Positions 18,528-28,096 of a stretch of 64,000 nt of DNA are shown piece after piece. Both the position numbers and the translations under genes were made by a program. Within the stretch, counting starts at the first letter, position 1. Every line of letters begins with the position of its first letter. This DNA is from an uncultured Prevotella sp. (lineage in GTDB: Bacteria; Bacteroidota; Bacteroidia; Bacteroidales; Bacteroidaceae), in the NCBI GenBank assembly GCA_958369755.1, contig CATXJC010000002.1, positions 2,605 to 66,604 on the forward strand, given 5' to 3'. A model generated the notes under the pieces. It made no database searches and was not told the DNA's origin. It saw only the letters and a list, made by a program, of their open reading frames with translations.

Positions 18528-21002
18528 ATGTACAGAATACCTTCTACATTAAATGGAGACTTGGACTATACCCAGTCACTCATCGACCAATTCAAGGCGG
18601 GCGAGATTCAGGCTGGTCAGTTGAAGTCGAACCGTGTACCTATGGGCATCTACGAGCAGCGCAAGAACCAGCACTATATGTTGCGTCTTCGCTGTGCCGG
18701 CGGTCTCGTCACCCCAGAGCAGCTTGCCAAGATTGCCTTTGTGGGTCACCAGCTCTCCACTTCGCATCTCCACGTTACCACCCGACAGGAGATTCAGATT
18801 CACAATGTTGATATCGAAGATGCCATTCCGGCTCTGAAGAAACTGGAAAAGGTGGGCATCTCCAGCGCAGGTGGCGGTGGAAACACCGTAAGAAACATGA
18901 TGGTGGATGACCGGAGCGGACTCACTGCCGATGAGGAATTCGATGTCTATCCATACGTGGAGGAACTCACCTCCCGACTCATCGCCGAGAAAGATTCGTT
19001 CACGATGCCTAGAAAATACAAGGTGGCAATAGATACCAGTGTGGCTACAGCCAACTACTCCTACATCGCCGACCTGGGTCTGCAGGCACGTATTAAGGAC
19101 GGACAGCGGGGATTCAGAGTACTCATCGCCGGTAGTGCCGCCAGCAACGCCCACACCGGTTGGGAAGTATTCGACTTCCTTCCAGAGAAGGATCTCTACC
19201 GTGCAGCCAAGGCTCTGAAAAACTGGTTCCATAAATACGGAAATAGAAGAAACCGCCACAAGGCACGCATGAGATACGTGTTCTACAAATACGGAACAGA
19301 AGAAGCCAAGCGATTGTATCTCGAAGAGTTTGAGGAACTTAAGAAAGATGGTTCAATCGATTTCGAGGCTCCGGCATTGCCATTGGAACACCATAAGCCC
19401 AACTTCCCTCCACTTAAAGCTCCAACCGATTTTGAAACCTGGAAGCGCCGTTACGCCCACAAGCAGACCAATGCCGAGGGCTTGAAAGAGAACCTCTGGT
19501 ATGCCTACATCCCATTGCGCCACGGCAACAACTCCACGGATTTCTTCGCAGAAGTAGCCGAATATCTGGGCAACTATGGCAACGATGTAATCCGCTTCAC
19601 CAAGAAAGAGCAGATTCAAGTACGAAATATCCCAGAGGAATATCTCACCAACATCTACGCCTTCTTCAAGAAACTGGGCGTCTATCAGATAGATTATCCT
19701 GTGGTGGTTACCAACCTCACCTGCTGTACGGGAGCCGATACCTGCCGCCTCGGCATCTGTTTGCCAAAGGGCGCCATCGACGGTATCGCCAAGCAACTTC
19801 TCAATAGCAATCTGAACCTCGATGCCATTCCTGACTTCGAACTCCGCATGAACGGCTGTACCAACATCTGTGCGCTAGCCACCTGGGGAGATTTAGGATT
19901 CAGCGGACGTGTAGGACGAGTGGGCGATGACCCATATCCAGCCTACACCATCTGGCTTCCGGTAAAGGGCAAGCACGAGATTGACCTGCAGCAGGGTTAT
20001 ATCGCCGCCAAGAAGATTCCGGCATTTGTTGAAGATTATCTCCGTGATGTGATAGCCGAACAGGCCAACTATGCCGATTATTACGACTATGTGGCAAAGA
20101 GAGGCGTGAACATCGTGAAGGAACTGATTGCGAAATACAAGGAGGTGGCTCCGTATTCAGAAGAGCCTGATACCTTCTTCGATTTCGGAGATGACGAGAA
20201 GTTCTCGCTCATCAAATACGGTAAGGCAGAGTGTTCAGCCGGTCTCTTCGATATCATCGAAATCGACCAGGATACCATCAGAGAGAAGCGGAAGGAAGTG
20301 GAGCTATTAATGGGAAATATCCCGCAAGGCGTTCCGACAGATTTGCAATCCGACGGCAAGCAAGCAACAAGCAAGATAGAGAAACTTCTCCACGATATCG
20401 TTTTCTCCGAGAACCGAATGCTGCTCGTTACCCGTGGTCTCGACCCTCGTACCGATGAAGATGTATATAATGGATTTGAGAAGGAATTCATCGCTGCCGG
20501 CATCATCCCTCAGAAATTCAAGGTATTGACCGATAAGGCAAGAAACAACGAATCATTGATTGAGCAAAAGCCATTGATTGATGAACTCGCTGATTTGCTC
20601 AACGATCTCTATCAGAACATGGACGATTCGCTCCAGTTCAAACTTCCTGCAGAAAAGACTCCAGTAGAGCAGGTTGCTGAAGAAAAAACCGCCGAAGAAA
20701 AAGCTCCTGCAGAACAGGTTTCTGAAGAAAAAGCTCCAGCAGAGAAAGCCTCAGCTGCAGAAGAAACAGAAACCATTGTTCCGGATGTGAAGAAGGATTT
20801 CCGAGGCGTGATGTGTCCGATGAACTTCGTGAAGACGAAGATTGCTCTCACCCCAATGCAGAGCGGACAGATTCTGGAGATTCTCCTCGACGACGGTGCT
20901 CCTATCGAGAACGTACCGGGAAGTGTGAAGAACGAGGGCCATACCATCCTCTCTACCGAGAAAGTAGAAAACTACTGGAAGGTTCTCATCAAAAAGAAAT
21001 AA
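18528..21002 (+). CDS. Siroheme/4Fe-4S sulfite reductase with C-terminal TusA/SirA-like domain
   Basis: HVTTRQEIQ, MPRKYK, CTGADTC and NGCTNIC ligand motifs; C-terminal DFRGVMCPMNFVKTK after an A/E/K/P-rich linker. Confidence 0.92.
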   Translation: MYRIPSTLNGDLDYTQSLIDQFKAGEIQAGQLKSNRVPMGIYEQRKNQHYMLRLRCAGGLVTPEQLAKIAFVGHQLSTSHLHVTTRQEIQIHNVDIEDAIPALKKLEKVGISSAGGGGNTVRNMMVDDRSGLTADEEFDVYPYVEELTSRLIAEKDSFTMPRKYKVAIDTSVATANYSYIADLGLQARIKDGQRGFRVLIAGSAASNAHTGWEVFDFLPEKDLYRAAKALKNWFHKYGNRRNRHKARMRYVFYKYGTEEAKRLYLEEFEELKKDGSIDFEAPALPLEHHKPNFPPLKAPTDFETWKRRYAHKQTNAEGLKENLWYAYIPLRHGNNSTDFFAEVAEYLGNYGNDVIRFTKKEQIQVRNIPEEYLTNIYAFFKKLGVYQIDYPVVVTNLTCCTGADTCRLGICLPKGAIDGIAKQLLNSNLNLDAIPDFELRMNGCTNICALATWGDLGFSGRVGRVGDDPYPAYTIWLPVKGKHEIDLQQGYIAAKKIPAFVEDYLRDVIAEQANYADYYDYVAKRGVNIVKELIAKYKEVAPYSEEPDTFFDFGDDEKFSLIKYGKAECSAGLFDIIEIDQDTIREKRKEVELLMGNIPQGVPTDLQSDGKQATSKIEKLLHDIVFSENRMLLVTRGLDPRTDEDVYNGFEKEFIAAGIIPQKFKVLTDKARNNESLIEQKPLIDELADLLNDLYQNMDDSLQFKLPAEKTPVEQVAEEKTAEEKAPAEQVSEEKAPAEKASAAEETETIVPDVKKDFRGVMCPMNFVKTKIALTPMQSGQILEILLDDGAPIENVPGSVKNEGHTILSTEKVENYWKVLIKKK

Positions 21003-21020
21003 AATTCAATCTATGTCTAA

Positions 21021-21476
21021 ATGGACTATCTTCCTATAACGATTAAAATCGTCTCCGCCAACATACTCATCGTTGGCGGAGGGAAGGTAGCGACCCACAA
21101 GGCTCAGATTCTCGCACGCTTCACCGACCAAGCTACGGTGGTGGCACCAGAGATTACAGATGAGCTCAAGGCACTACCCTTCCAAACAAAAGAGAAGGCT
21201 TTCGAGCCTAGCGACCTGGATGGCGTGCAACTCCTCTTCGTCTGTACGGGCGACCATGAGTTGAACCATCAGATTAAACTGCTCGCAGCCGAACGGCATA
21301 TCCTGACCAGTGTCTGCGATGATCCGGCACAGTGTGATTTCATCTCGCCCGCCATCTATCGCAACGACAACCTCACCATTGCCGTGGGAAGCGATTCGAG
21401 GGATGTGAAACGAAGCATCCGAGTAAGAAACAGAATAAAAGAGTTGATAGAAAATGATACATTACAAATCGATTGA
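21021..21476 (+). CDS. Precorrin-2 dehydrogenase (SirC / CysG N-terminal domain)
   Basis: LIVGGGKVA NAD motif; DDPAQCDFISPA. Confidence 0.88.
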   Translation: MDYLPITIKIVSANILIVGGGKVATHKAQILARFTDQATVVAPEITDELKALPFQTKEKAFEPSDLDGVQLLFVCTGDHELNHQIKLLAAERHILTSVCDDPAQCDFISPAIYRNDNLTIAVGSDSRDVKRSIRVRNRIKELIENDTLQID

Positions 21477-22440
21477 CCAAAGCCAGTTCGCTGAAGGAAC
21501 CGACATCAAGGAGCAGGAAAGAGTCTTCGATGATTTTCTACAAGATACACTCTTGGAAATACAAGGAAGTCATATCAACAAGACAAACAGAATTCCCCAT
21601 CATGTTCATATCAGCAGCCAGCCCGATGAGGAAGTTCCTTATATCTTCCTGAAGACGTGCAACCGCAGCGAGATATACTACGGCGAAGGCGAAGTTCCCG
21701 ATGAGGTAGCCCGCCATCTCTTCCGTGTAGTATCGGGCCTGGAATCAGCCATCGTTGGCGAAAGAGCCGTTCAGGGACAGGTAAAGGAAGCATACTATAC
21801 CGCCAAGGCTCAGCGCCCGTTGACCGCCGAACTCCATCGCCTTTTCCAAAGCGCATTGCAGGTTGGCAAGCGGGTTCGCAACGAAACCGAGATTTCTCAT
21901 GGTGCCGTATCCCATAGTCTTGCAGCTCTCGAGATTATTGAATCTTTGGGGAATGTAAATTTAAGGAACGCGAGAATCACGATTATCGGTGTCAACAAAC
22001 TGACTGCCGACATTCTGAAGTTTCTCCAGAACAAGGGAGCCAAGATGGTGTTCCTCGCCAACCGCAGTCAGATCAAGGCACATTACCTTGCCGATCCGCT
22101 CGGTATCAAGGTATATACGCTGGATGAGAAGCAGGAGTTCCTGGAACAGACCGATATCCTCATCAGCGCCACCTCAGCCCCTCATCTCATCATCCGCAAG
22201 GAAGACATCCCAGAGCAGAAGCAGTTGCTCGCCATCGACCTCGCCTTCCCCCGCGACATCGATTCCCGCCTCAGCGAACTCCCCAACGTCCAGCTCTACA
22301 ACATCAGAGACGTGGAGAAGAAAGTGCGTGAGAACATCGAAGTGAGAGGAGCCGAAGTGGAGAAAGCAGAAGCCATCATCGAAGAAGAGATTCAGGAGAT
22401 GCAGGAGGCTTTGGAAAGGAGAAAGAAATATATTTCATAA
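21454..22440 (+). CDS. hemA: Glutamyl-tRNA reductase (short form)
   Basis: TCNRSE, HLFRVVSGLES, GERAVQGQVK, IDLAFPRDID. Confidence 0.88.
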   Translation: MIHYKSIDQSQFAEGTDIKEQERVFDDFLQDTLLEIQGSHINKTNRIPHHVHISSQPDEEVPYIFLKTCNRSEIYYGEGEVPDEVARHLFRVVSGLESAIVGERAVQGQVKEAYYTAKAQRPLTAELHRLFQSALQVGKRVRNETEISHGAVSHSLAALEIIESLGNVNLRNARITIIGVNKLTADILKFLQNKGAKMVFLANRSQIKAHYLADPLGIKVYTLDEKQEFLEQTDILISATSAPHLIIRKEDIPEQKQLLAIDLAFPRDIDSRLSELPNVQLYNIRDVEKKVRENIEVRGAEVEKAEAIIEEEIQEMQEALERRKKYIS

Positions 22441-22477
22441 TAATTTTATTCATAAACTTAACCGACATTTTTAAAAG

Positions 22478-24613
22478 ATGAATAAAAAGATTAGAGTTAT
22501 TGCAAGAGGCAGTCGTCTCTCCCGACTGCAAGTAGAGGAGGTTTTCAAGAACTTCCCGGAACTCGCCTACGAGATCAAATACTTGGAATCTTACGGCGAC
22601 AAGAACCAGCAGATTTCACTCCTGAACGGTGAAGCTCCTGCTGATATCTTTACGAGAGAACTCGACGATGCCATCCGTCAGGGAGATGCCGACATCGCCA
22701 TCCATTCGGCGAAAGACCTGCCTTATCCTCTGCCTGAGGATATCGAAGTCATCGCCCTCTTTCCTGCTTTCGACACCACCGATTCGCTCGTAAGCAGAGA
22801 CCACAAGAAACTGGCAGAACTCCCTGCCGGAAGTATCATCGGAACCAGCAGTCCGCTCCGCAAGAAAGGTTTAAACGAATTGCGTCCAGACTTGACTATC
22901 AAAGGAATACGTGGTTGTATTGAAGAAAGAGTTCAGCAGGTAAAAGATGGCAAATACGATGCTGCCATCGTTGCATCCTGTGCCCTGAAGCGACTCGGCA
23001 TGGAGGATGAAATCGCCGAAGTGCTCCCTTTCCCAACCCATCCTCTTCAAGGATTCCTTGCCGTCACAGCTAAGAAAGGAAGCCAAGACTTGAAGCAGGC
23101 ATTCGTTTCTAAGAGCATCCTCGATAAGCAAGGTTCCGTATCCCTCGTCGGCTTCGGTCCCGGCGACCCGGACCTTCTTACCATCAAGGCAGCGAAAGCC
23201 ATCGATGCCGCCGACATCATCTTCTACGACGACCTCATCGACGATTCCTATCTGGCAGATAAGAAAGCCGAGAAGATCTACGTGGGCAAGCGTGCCGGCT
23301 ATCACCACAAGGAGCAGGCTGACATCAACCGTCTTCTGCTCGAAGCAGCACGAGAGGGAAAAAACGTGGTTCGTCTGAAAGGTGGCGATCCGATGATCTT
23401 CGCTCACGGCAGCGAGGAAATCGAGTACCTGGAGAGTAATCTCATCAAAGTGAATGTCATCCCTGGCATCACCACCGCCTCAGCCCTTGCCGCATCCCAG
23501 AAAATCAGTCTCACCCATCGCGACTTCTCATCAAGCGTAGCCCTGGTCAGCGGTCATACTCCGCAACCCGTAACTCCCGATGCAGAAACATTGGTGTATT
23601 ATATGGGTGCCAAACAGCTGCAGGTCATCGCTACCCAGCTCATCGACAAGGAAGGCTGGGCATTCAATACTCCTGTTCTCCTCACCTACAACGTAAGCCG
23701 TCCTGATGAGCAGACCTTCGAGACCACCCTCTGGAATCTGAGAAACGGCGAGATGCAGAATCTCCCTACTCCATTGATTGCCCTCATCGGCAACGTGGCA
23801 GGATTGAAGCATCATCAGGCATCAGATATCAAGCCGACCCTCTATACAGGTACTCTTCCTGCCATAGAGAAGCGCAAGGCAGATTACACCTATACGCCGC
23901 TGATAGAGATTAGTTATCACCCAAGTTATTTTACGAAAATCCTCGAAGATAATTATTGTGAGCATTACGATGGAAAAAGTTTTACCGAGTATTGTGAGTG
24001 GGATGAAAGTCAAGCTTTATATTATATATTTACAAGCCAATATGGCGTTCAAGCAACACTTGATTACTACGATTTGATACTCGATGAGCAAGAAGAGCAT
24101 GTGTTTATCTCCATTGGTGACACTACGACAGAGGCTTTACATAAAGCTGGCGTCAAAGATGTTATACAGGTAGAGCAAGACAATCGCTATGGGGTGATAG
24201 AATGGTTCAAAAAAGAGAAAGAAAGACTTGATGCTGCAAGACCACAATACGAGCATTCCTTTGAATTGTTTGAAAAGATGGATTTAGATAATTATGATCA
24301 CGAGTTAGCAGACTTCGTGTATCGGTATGAAAATAGATTAGTTTTCTATCCTCATTCATCCCTATCACCAGAAGATATTCCTTTGGCTTTGCAGGAATTA
24401 GGTTTCAACGTGCTAAGCGCCGTTGTTTACAACAATGAACTCCCGAAGAATCCGCGCCGTGTGAATCTCAACCATTTCAAGCGCATCGTCTTCACATCGC
24501 CTTCTACCATCGACAACTTCATCAAGTTGTATGGCAAGTTGCCTGAGAACACCGAGTTCATCACCCGTGGTCCTATCACCCAGGCGCATCTGGAAGAAGT
24601 ATTGAATAAATAA
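22478..24613 (+). CDS. Fusion: porphobilinogen deaminase + uroporphyrinogen-III C-methyltransferase + uroporphyrinogen-III synthase (HemC-CobA-HemD)
   Basis: ARGSRLS/HSAKDLP/GTSSPLR (HemC); GFGPGDPDLLT, RLKGGDP, PGITTA (SUMT); IFTSQYGV, FTSPSTI (HemD). Confidence 0.9.
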   Translation: MNKKIRVIARGSRLSRLQVEEVFKNFPELAYEIKYLESYGDKNQQISLLNGEAPADIFTRELDDAIRQGDADIAIHSAKDLPYPLPEDIEVIALFPAFDTTDSLVSRDHKKLAELPAGSIIGTSSPLRKKGLNELRPDLTIKGIRGCIEERVQQVKDGKYDAAIVASCALKRLGMEDEIAEVLPFPTHPLQGFLAVTAKKGSQDLKQAFVSKSILDKQGSVSLVGFGPGDPDLLTIKAAKAIDAADIIFYDDLIDDSYLADKKAEKIYVGKRAGYHHKEQADINRLLLEAAREGKNVVRLKGGDPMIFAHGSEEIEYLESNLIKVNVIPGITTASALAASQKISLTHRDFSSSVALVSGHTPQPVTPDAETLVYYMGAKQLQVIATQLIDKEGWAFNTPVLLTYNVSRPDEQTFETTLWNLRNGEMQNLPTPLIALIGNVAGLKHHQASDIKPTLYTGTLPAIEKRKADYTYTPLIEISYHPSYFTKILEDNYCEHYDGKSFTEYCEWDESQALYYIFTSQYGVQATLDYYDLILDEQEEHVFISIGDTTTEALHKAGVKDVIQVEQDNRYGVIEWFKKEKERLDAARPQYEHSFELFEKMDLDNYDHELADFVYRYENRLVFYPHSSLSPEDIPLALQELGFNVLSAVVYNNELPKNPRRVNLNHFKRIVFTSPSTIDNFIKLYGKLPENTEFITRGPITQAHLEEVLNK

Positions 24614-24631
24614 TATAAAACAGACATAGAT

Positions 24632-25627
24632 ATGAAAAGATTTAGAGAATTACGTAAAGACCAGGCTACTCGCGACAAGTATGCCGATGTACCATTGAGT
24701 GCCGCAGACTTCATCTACCCTTACTTCGTAGTAGAGGGCGAAAACCAGAAGGAAGAGATTTCCACCATGCCAGGCATCTATCGCTTCAGCATCGATACCC
24801 TTCTGAAGGACATCGAGGAAATCAAGAACCTCGGCATCAACAAGGTGCTCCTCTTCGGAGTGATTCCAGATGAGCAGAAGGATGAACGAGGCAGCGCGGC
24901 CTATGCCGATGATGCCCTCATCGCCCGTGCCGTAAAAGCCATCAAGGCTGAGTTTGGCAAGGACATCATCGTCTTCACCGACGTCTGCCTCTGCGAATAC
25001 ACCAGTCATGGTCATTGCGGACTCCTGCATCATCACGATGTAGATAACGATTCTACCCTCCCATTGCTCGCCGAAGAAGCCTACGTTCATGCCAAGGCAG
25101 GCGCCGACTTCGTAGCACCATCAGCCATGATGGACGGACAGGTAGAAGCCATCAAGAACCGTCTTCGCGAAGGTGGTCTCGACAAGCAATGCAAGGTATT
25201 GGCATATTCTGCTAAATACGCCTCAGCCTTCTATGGCCCATTCCGAGATGCAGCCGATTCTGCCCCAAGTTTCGGAGACAGAAAGAGCTACCAGATGGAC
25301 TTCCGCACCCACGACCAGGGTCTTGATGAGATTGCAGCCGATATAGAAGAAGGAGCCGACTGGACGATGGTGAAGCCAGCGATTCCATATCTCGACATGA
25401 TAGCCCGCGGCGTAGAGAAGTTCCCTAACATCCCGATGGTAGCCTATCAGGTAAGTGGCGAGTATTCGATGCTGAAGGCAGCCGCCAAGCTTGGTTATCT
25501 CGATGAGAGCCGTGTAGCATTCGAGAGCCTCATCGCCATCAAGCGTGCCGGTGCCCAGTACATCATCACCTATTATGCCAAGGAGATTATTGAAAAAGCA
25601 GAAGAATGGAATATTAAGATAGGTTAA
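24632..25627 (+). CDS. hemB: Porphobilinogen synthase (ALA dehydratase)
   Basis: DVCLCEYTSHGHCG, PSAMMDG, FYGPFRDA, AYQVSGEY. Confidence 0.97.
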   Translation: MKRFRELRKDQATRDKYADVPLSAADFIYPYFVVEGENQKEEISTMPGIYRFSIDTLLKDIEEIKNLGINKVLLFGVIPDEQKDERGSAAYADDALIARAVKAIKAEFGKDIIVFTDVCLCEYTSHGHCGLLHHHDVDNDSTLPLLAEEAYVHAKAGADFVAPSAMMDGQVEAIKNRLREGGLDKQCKVLAYSAKYASAFYGPFRDAADSAPSFGDRKSYQMDFRTHDQGLDEIAADIEEGADWTMVKPAIPYLDMIARGVEKFPNIPMVAYQVSGEYSMLKAAAKLGYLDESRVAFESLIAIKRAGAQYIITYYAKEIIEKAEEWNIKIG

Positions 25628-25628
25628 T

Positions 25629-26903
25629 ATGAAAGAAAGAAAGAACTCAGCCGCCGCTTTCGAGCAGGCAAAACAGATAATACCTGGCGGAGTAAATTCG
25701 CCAGTAAGAGCCCTGAAGAGCGTAGGAACCACCCCGCTCTTCGTCCGTGACGCCAAGGGTCCATACATCTACGATATCGATGACAACAAATTTATCGATT
25801 TCTGCATGTCATGGGGCGTCTTTATTTTAGGTCATAACAACGACAAGGTGAGCAAGGCAGCATCCGATGCCATCTTCCACGGAAGCAGCTTCGGCATCCC
25901 TACCCTTGCCGAAACCACCCTTGCCGAGAAAGTAAGAGAATCCTTCCCATCCATGGAGCGCCTGCGCTTCGTTAACAGCGGAACCGAGGCTACCATGTCA
26001 GCCATCCGTGTGGCTCGTGGCTTCACCGGTCGCGACATCCTCGTTAAGTTCGAGGGCTGCTATCATGGTCATGCCGATCATCTTCTGGTAAGCGCCGGTT
26101 CGGCCGTAGCCAAGCTCAACAATGCATCATCTGCCGGAGTACCAGCCGGTTTCACCCAATATACCGTGGTACTGCCCTACAATGATACCGAGGCTTTGGA
26201 GAAGTATTTCGCCGAAAATGGCGACAAGGTTGCTGCGCTCATCATCGAACCGGTAGCCTGCAACATGGGTGTGGTTCCTCCAACCCGTGAGTTTATCGAG
26301 GCTACCCGCAAGGTTACCCGGGAGCATGGCGCCATCCTGATATTCGATGAAGTTATCACCGGTTTCCGTCTCTCTTATGGCGGTGCCCAGAAACGATTCG
26401 GCATCACGCCGGATATGACTACCGTAGGAAAGATTGTTGGTGGCGGCTTCCCTGCCGCAGCCTTCGGAGGTAGAGCCGACATCATGAGTGTTCTGGCTCC
26501 AGAAGGTCCAGTTTATCAGGCAGGCACCCTGAGTGGCAACCCGGTAGCGATGGCAGCCGGTTACGAAACCTTGAAGCAGTTGGGCGAACCGGGTGTTTAC
26601 GAACTCCTCGAAGAGCGCAGCAACCGCTTCCTCTCCCGTCTTGAGAAGATAGTAGAAGGCAAGGGCATCCAGGTGAACCACGTAGGCACGATGTTCACGA
26701 TGTTCTTCAACGACCAGCCTGTCCGCAACTTTCAGGATACGAAGAAAAGCGACCAGGAACGTTTCGCCCGCTATTTCCGCAACATGCTGGATCGTGGCAT
26801 CTACGTAAGTCCATCGCAGTTTGAGGGTAATTTCATCTCCCTCTGCCACACCGATGAGATTCTCGACTACGTATTGAAGTCGATAGAAGAGAGTATCGAA
26901 TAA
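25629..26903 (+). CDS. hemL: Glutamate-1-semialdehyde 2,1-aminomutase
   Basis: PGGVNSPVRA, NSGTEA, FDEVITGFR, GKIVGGG, GTLSGNP. Confidence 0.97.
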   Translation: MKERKNSAAAFEQAKQIIPGGVNSPVRALKSVGTTPLFVRDAKGPYIYDIDDNKFIDFCMSWGVFILGHNNDKVSKAASDAIFHGSSFGIPTLAETTLAEKVRESFPSMERLRFVNSGTEATMSAIRVARGFTGRDILVKFEGCYHGHADHLLVSAGSAVAKLNNASSAGVPAGFTQYTVVLPYNDTEALEKYFAENGDKVAALIIEPVACNMGVVPPTREFIEATRKVTREHGAILIFDEVITGFRLSYGGAQKRFGITPDMTTVGKIVGGGFPAAAFGGRADIMSVLAPEGPVYQAGTLSGNPVAMAAGYETLKQLGEPGVYELLEERSNRFLSRLEKIVEGKGIQVNHVGTMFTMFFNDQPVRNFQDTKKSDQERFARYFRNMLDRGIYVSPSQFEGNFISLCHTDEILDYVLKSIEESIE

Positions 26904-27100
26904 ACACATATAACAAAAAGCAAAGTCACAATACCCAACTCTATCAGCTAGGTATTGTGACTTTTTTTTCAGAACCGTCCCCAAGCCCAACAAAGAACAA
27001 AAACCTTGATTATAAGATACTTTATAAAACATTTCACCCATTTTTCTTGCATGATTCAGATAATAATCGTAAATTTGCAGCAGATAAAATACGCAAGCTT

Positions 27101-27388
27101 ATGAAAGAGAAAAGATATACATTGCCAGAAGAGCAGAAAGATGCAGCATTCGCAGCAGAGCCTGCACCAGCCTATCACGGAAATGCCGCCATAGCACTTC
27201 CCGAGGATGAATGTGCAGAAGAAGATATTGACTGGAATAAGATTCCTGTTGGCTGGCATCCGGCTAATGAAGAAGAAGCCGTGGCTAGGATAGAAGCTAT
27301 TGAGGAAGAGTATGAAAGGACAGGCAAGGCTACAGATTTTGATGATTTTATAGCAGAACTTAAATCTGAAGGATTATGGCTCATATAA
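27101..27388 (+). CDS. Acidic putative antitoxin
   Basis: Start MKEKRY (27101); acidic; overlaps downstream RelE/ParE-like gene. Confidence 0.65.
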   Translation: MKEKRYTLPEEQKDAAFAAEPAPAYHGNAAIALPEDECAEEDIDWNKIPVGWHPANEEEAVARIEAIEEEYERTGKATDFDDFIAELKSEGLWLI

Positions 27389-27705
27389 AATTACTAGACC
27401 CTTTCAAGAAGGAACTTCGAGATATGGTGGTTTACACACTAGCCGAATTTGGAGCTACTTCAGTAAAACGGTTTAATAAAGAGCTTGATGACATCAAGCA
27501 TCGCCTGATGCTTCATCCTCTTTCTTCACCCAGAGAGCCATTGCTTAAGCGATTCCACCGCCCTTACCATAGTGCGATTATCAAGGAGAATTGGAAGATT
27601 ATCTATCGCTACGACGAAGTCAACGACCTCGTCATTTTCGTAGACTTATGGGATATGAGAAGAAGTCCTAGATATTTGATCAGACAATTCAAAAGAAAAC
27701 TATAA
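27376..27705 (+). CDS. RelE/ParE-family toxin
   Basis: 109 aa basic protein; FG...F...L..HP...EPLL...WKIIYRY....IFVDLWDMRRSP pattern. Confidence 0.8.
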   Translation: MAHIKLLDPFKKELRDMVVYTLAEFGATSVKRFNKELDDIKHRLMLHPLSSPREPLLKRFHRPYHSAIIKENWKIIYRYDEVNDLVIFVDLWDMRRSPRYLIRQFKRKL

Positions 27706-27717
27706 AGGAAAAAGCTT

Positions 27718-28023
27718 ATGAAGGAGAAAAGATATACATTACAAGAAGAGCAGCCGACTCCTATTGGCTGGCATCCGGCTAATGAAGAAGAAGCCGTGGC
27801 TAGGATTGAAGCCATTGAAGCGGAGTATGAAAGGACAGGTGTTAGCTATAATGAAGAAGAGTTTTTCAATAAACTAAATGAAGAACGAACATGGTCAAAT
27901 GCAGATGACTTTGAAAAAGAACTAACGGCACAAGACCCGTGGCTAGAAGATTGGAAACGTTCTATCAGTATAGAAGATTTTAGAAAGAACTGCAAGAATA
28001 AACTGAATAAGCTTTTTCCGTAA
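27718..28023 (+). CDS. Paralog (partial duplicate) of the upstream antitoxin
   Basis: Shares MKEKRYTL.EEQ and P.GWHPANEEEAVARIEAIE.EYERTG with 27101..27388. Confidence 0.7.
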   Translation: MKEKRYTLQEEQPTPIGWHPANEEEAVARIEAIEAEYERTGVSYNEEEFFNKLNEERTWSNADDFEKELTAQDPWLEDWKRSISIEDFRKNCKNKLNKLFP

Positions 28024-28096
28024 CTTTTCTCCCGTATTCCTTGCACTATTTTTGCAGCGACATAAATAACAATATAATTAATAGGAGGATAAAATT

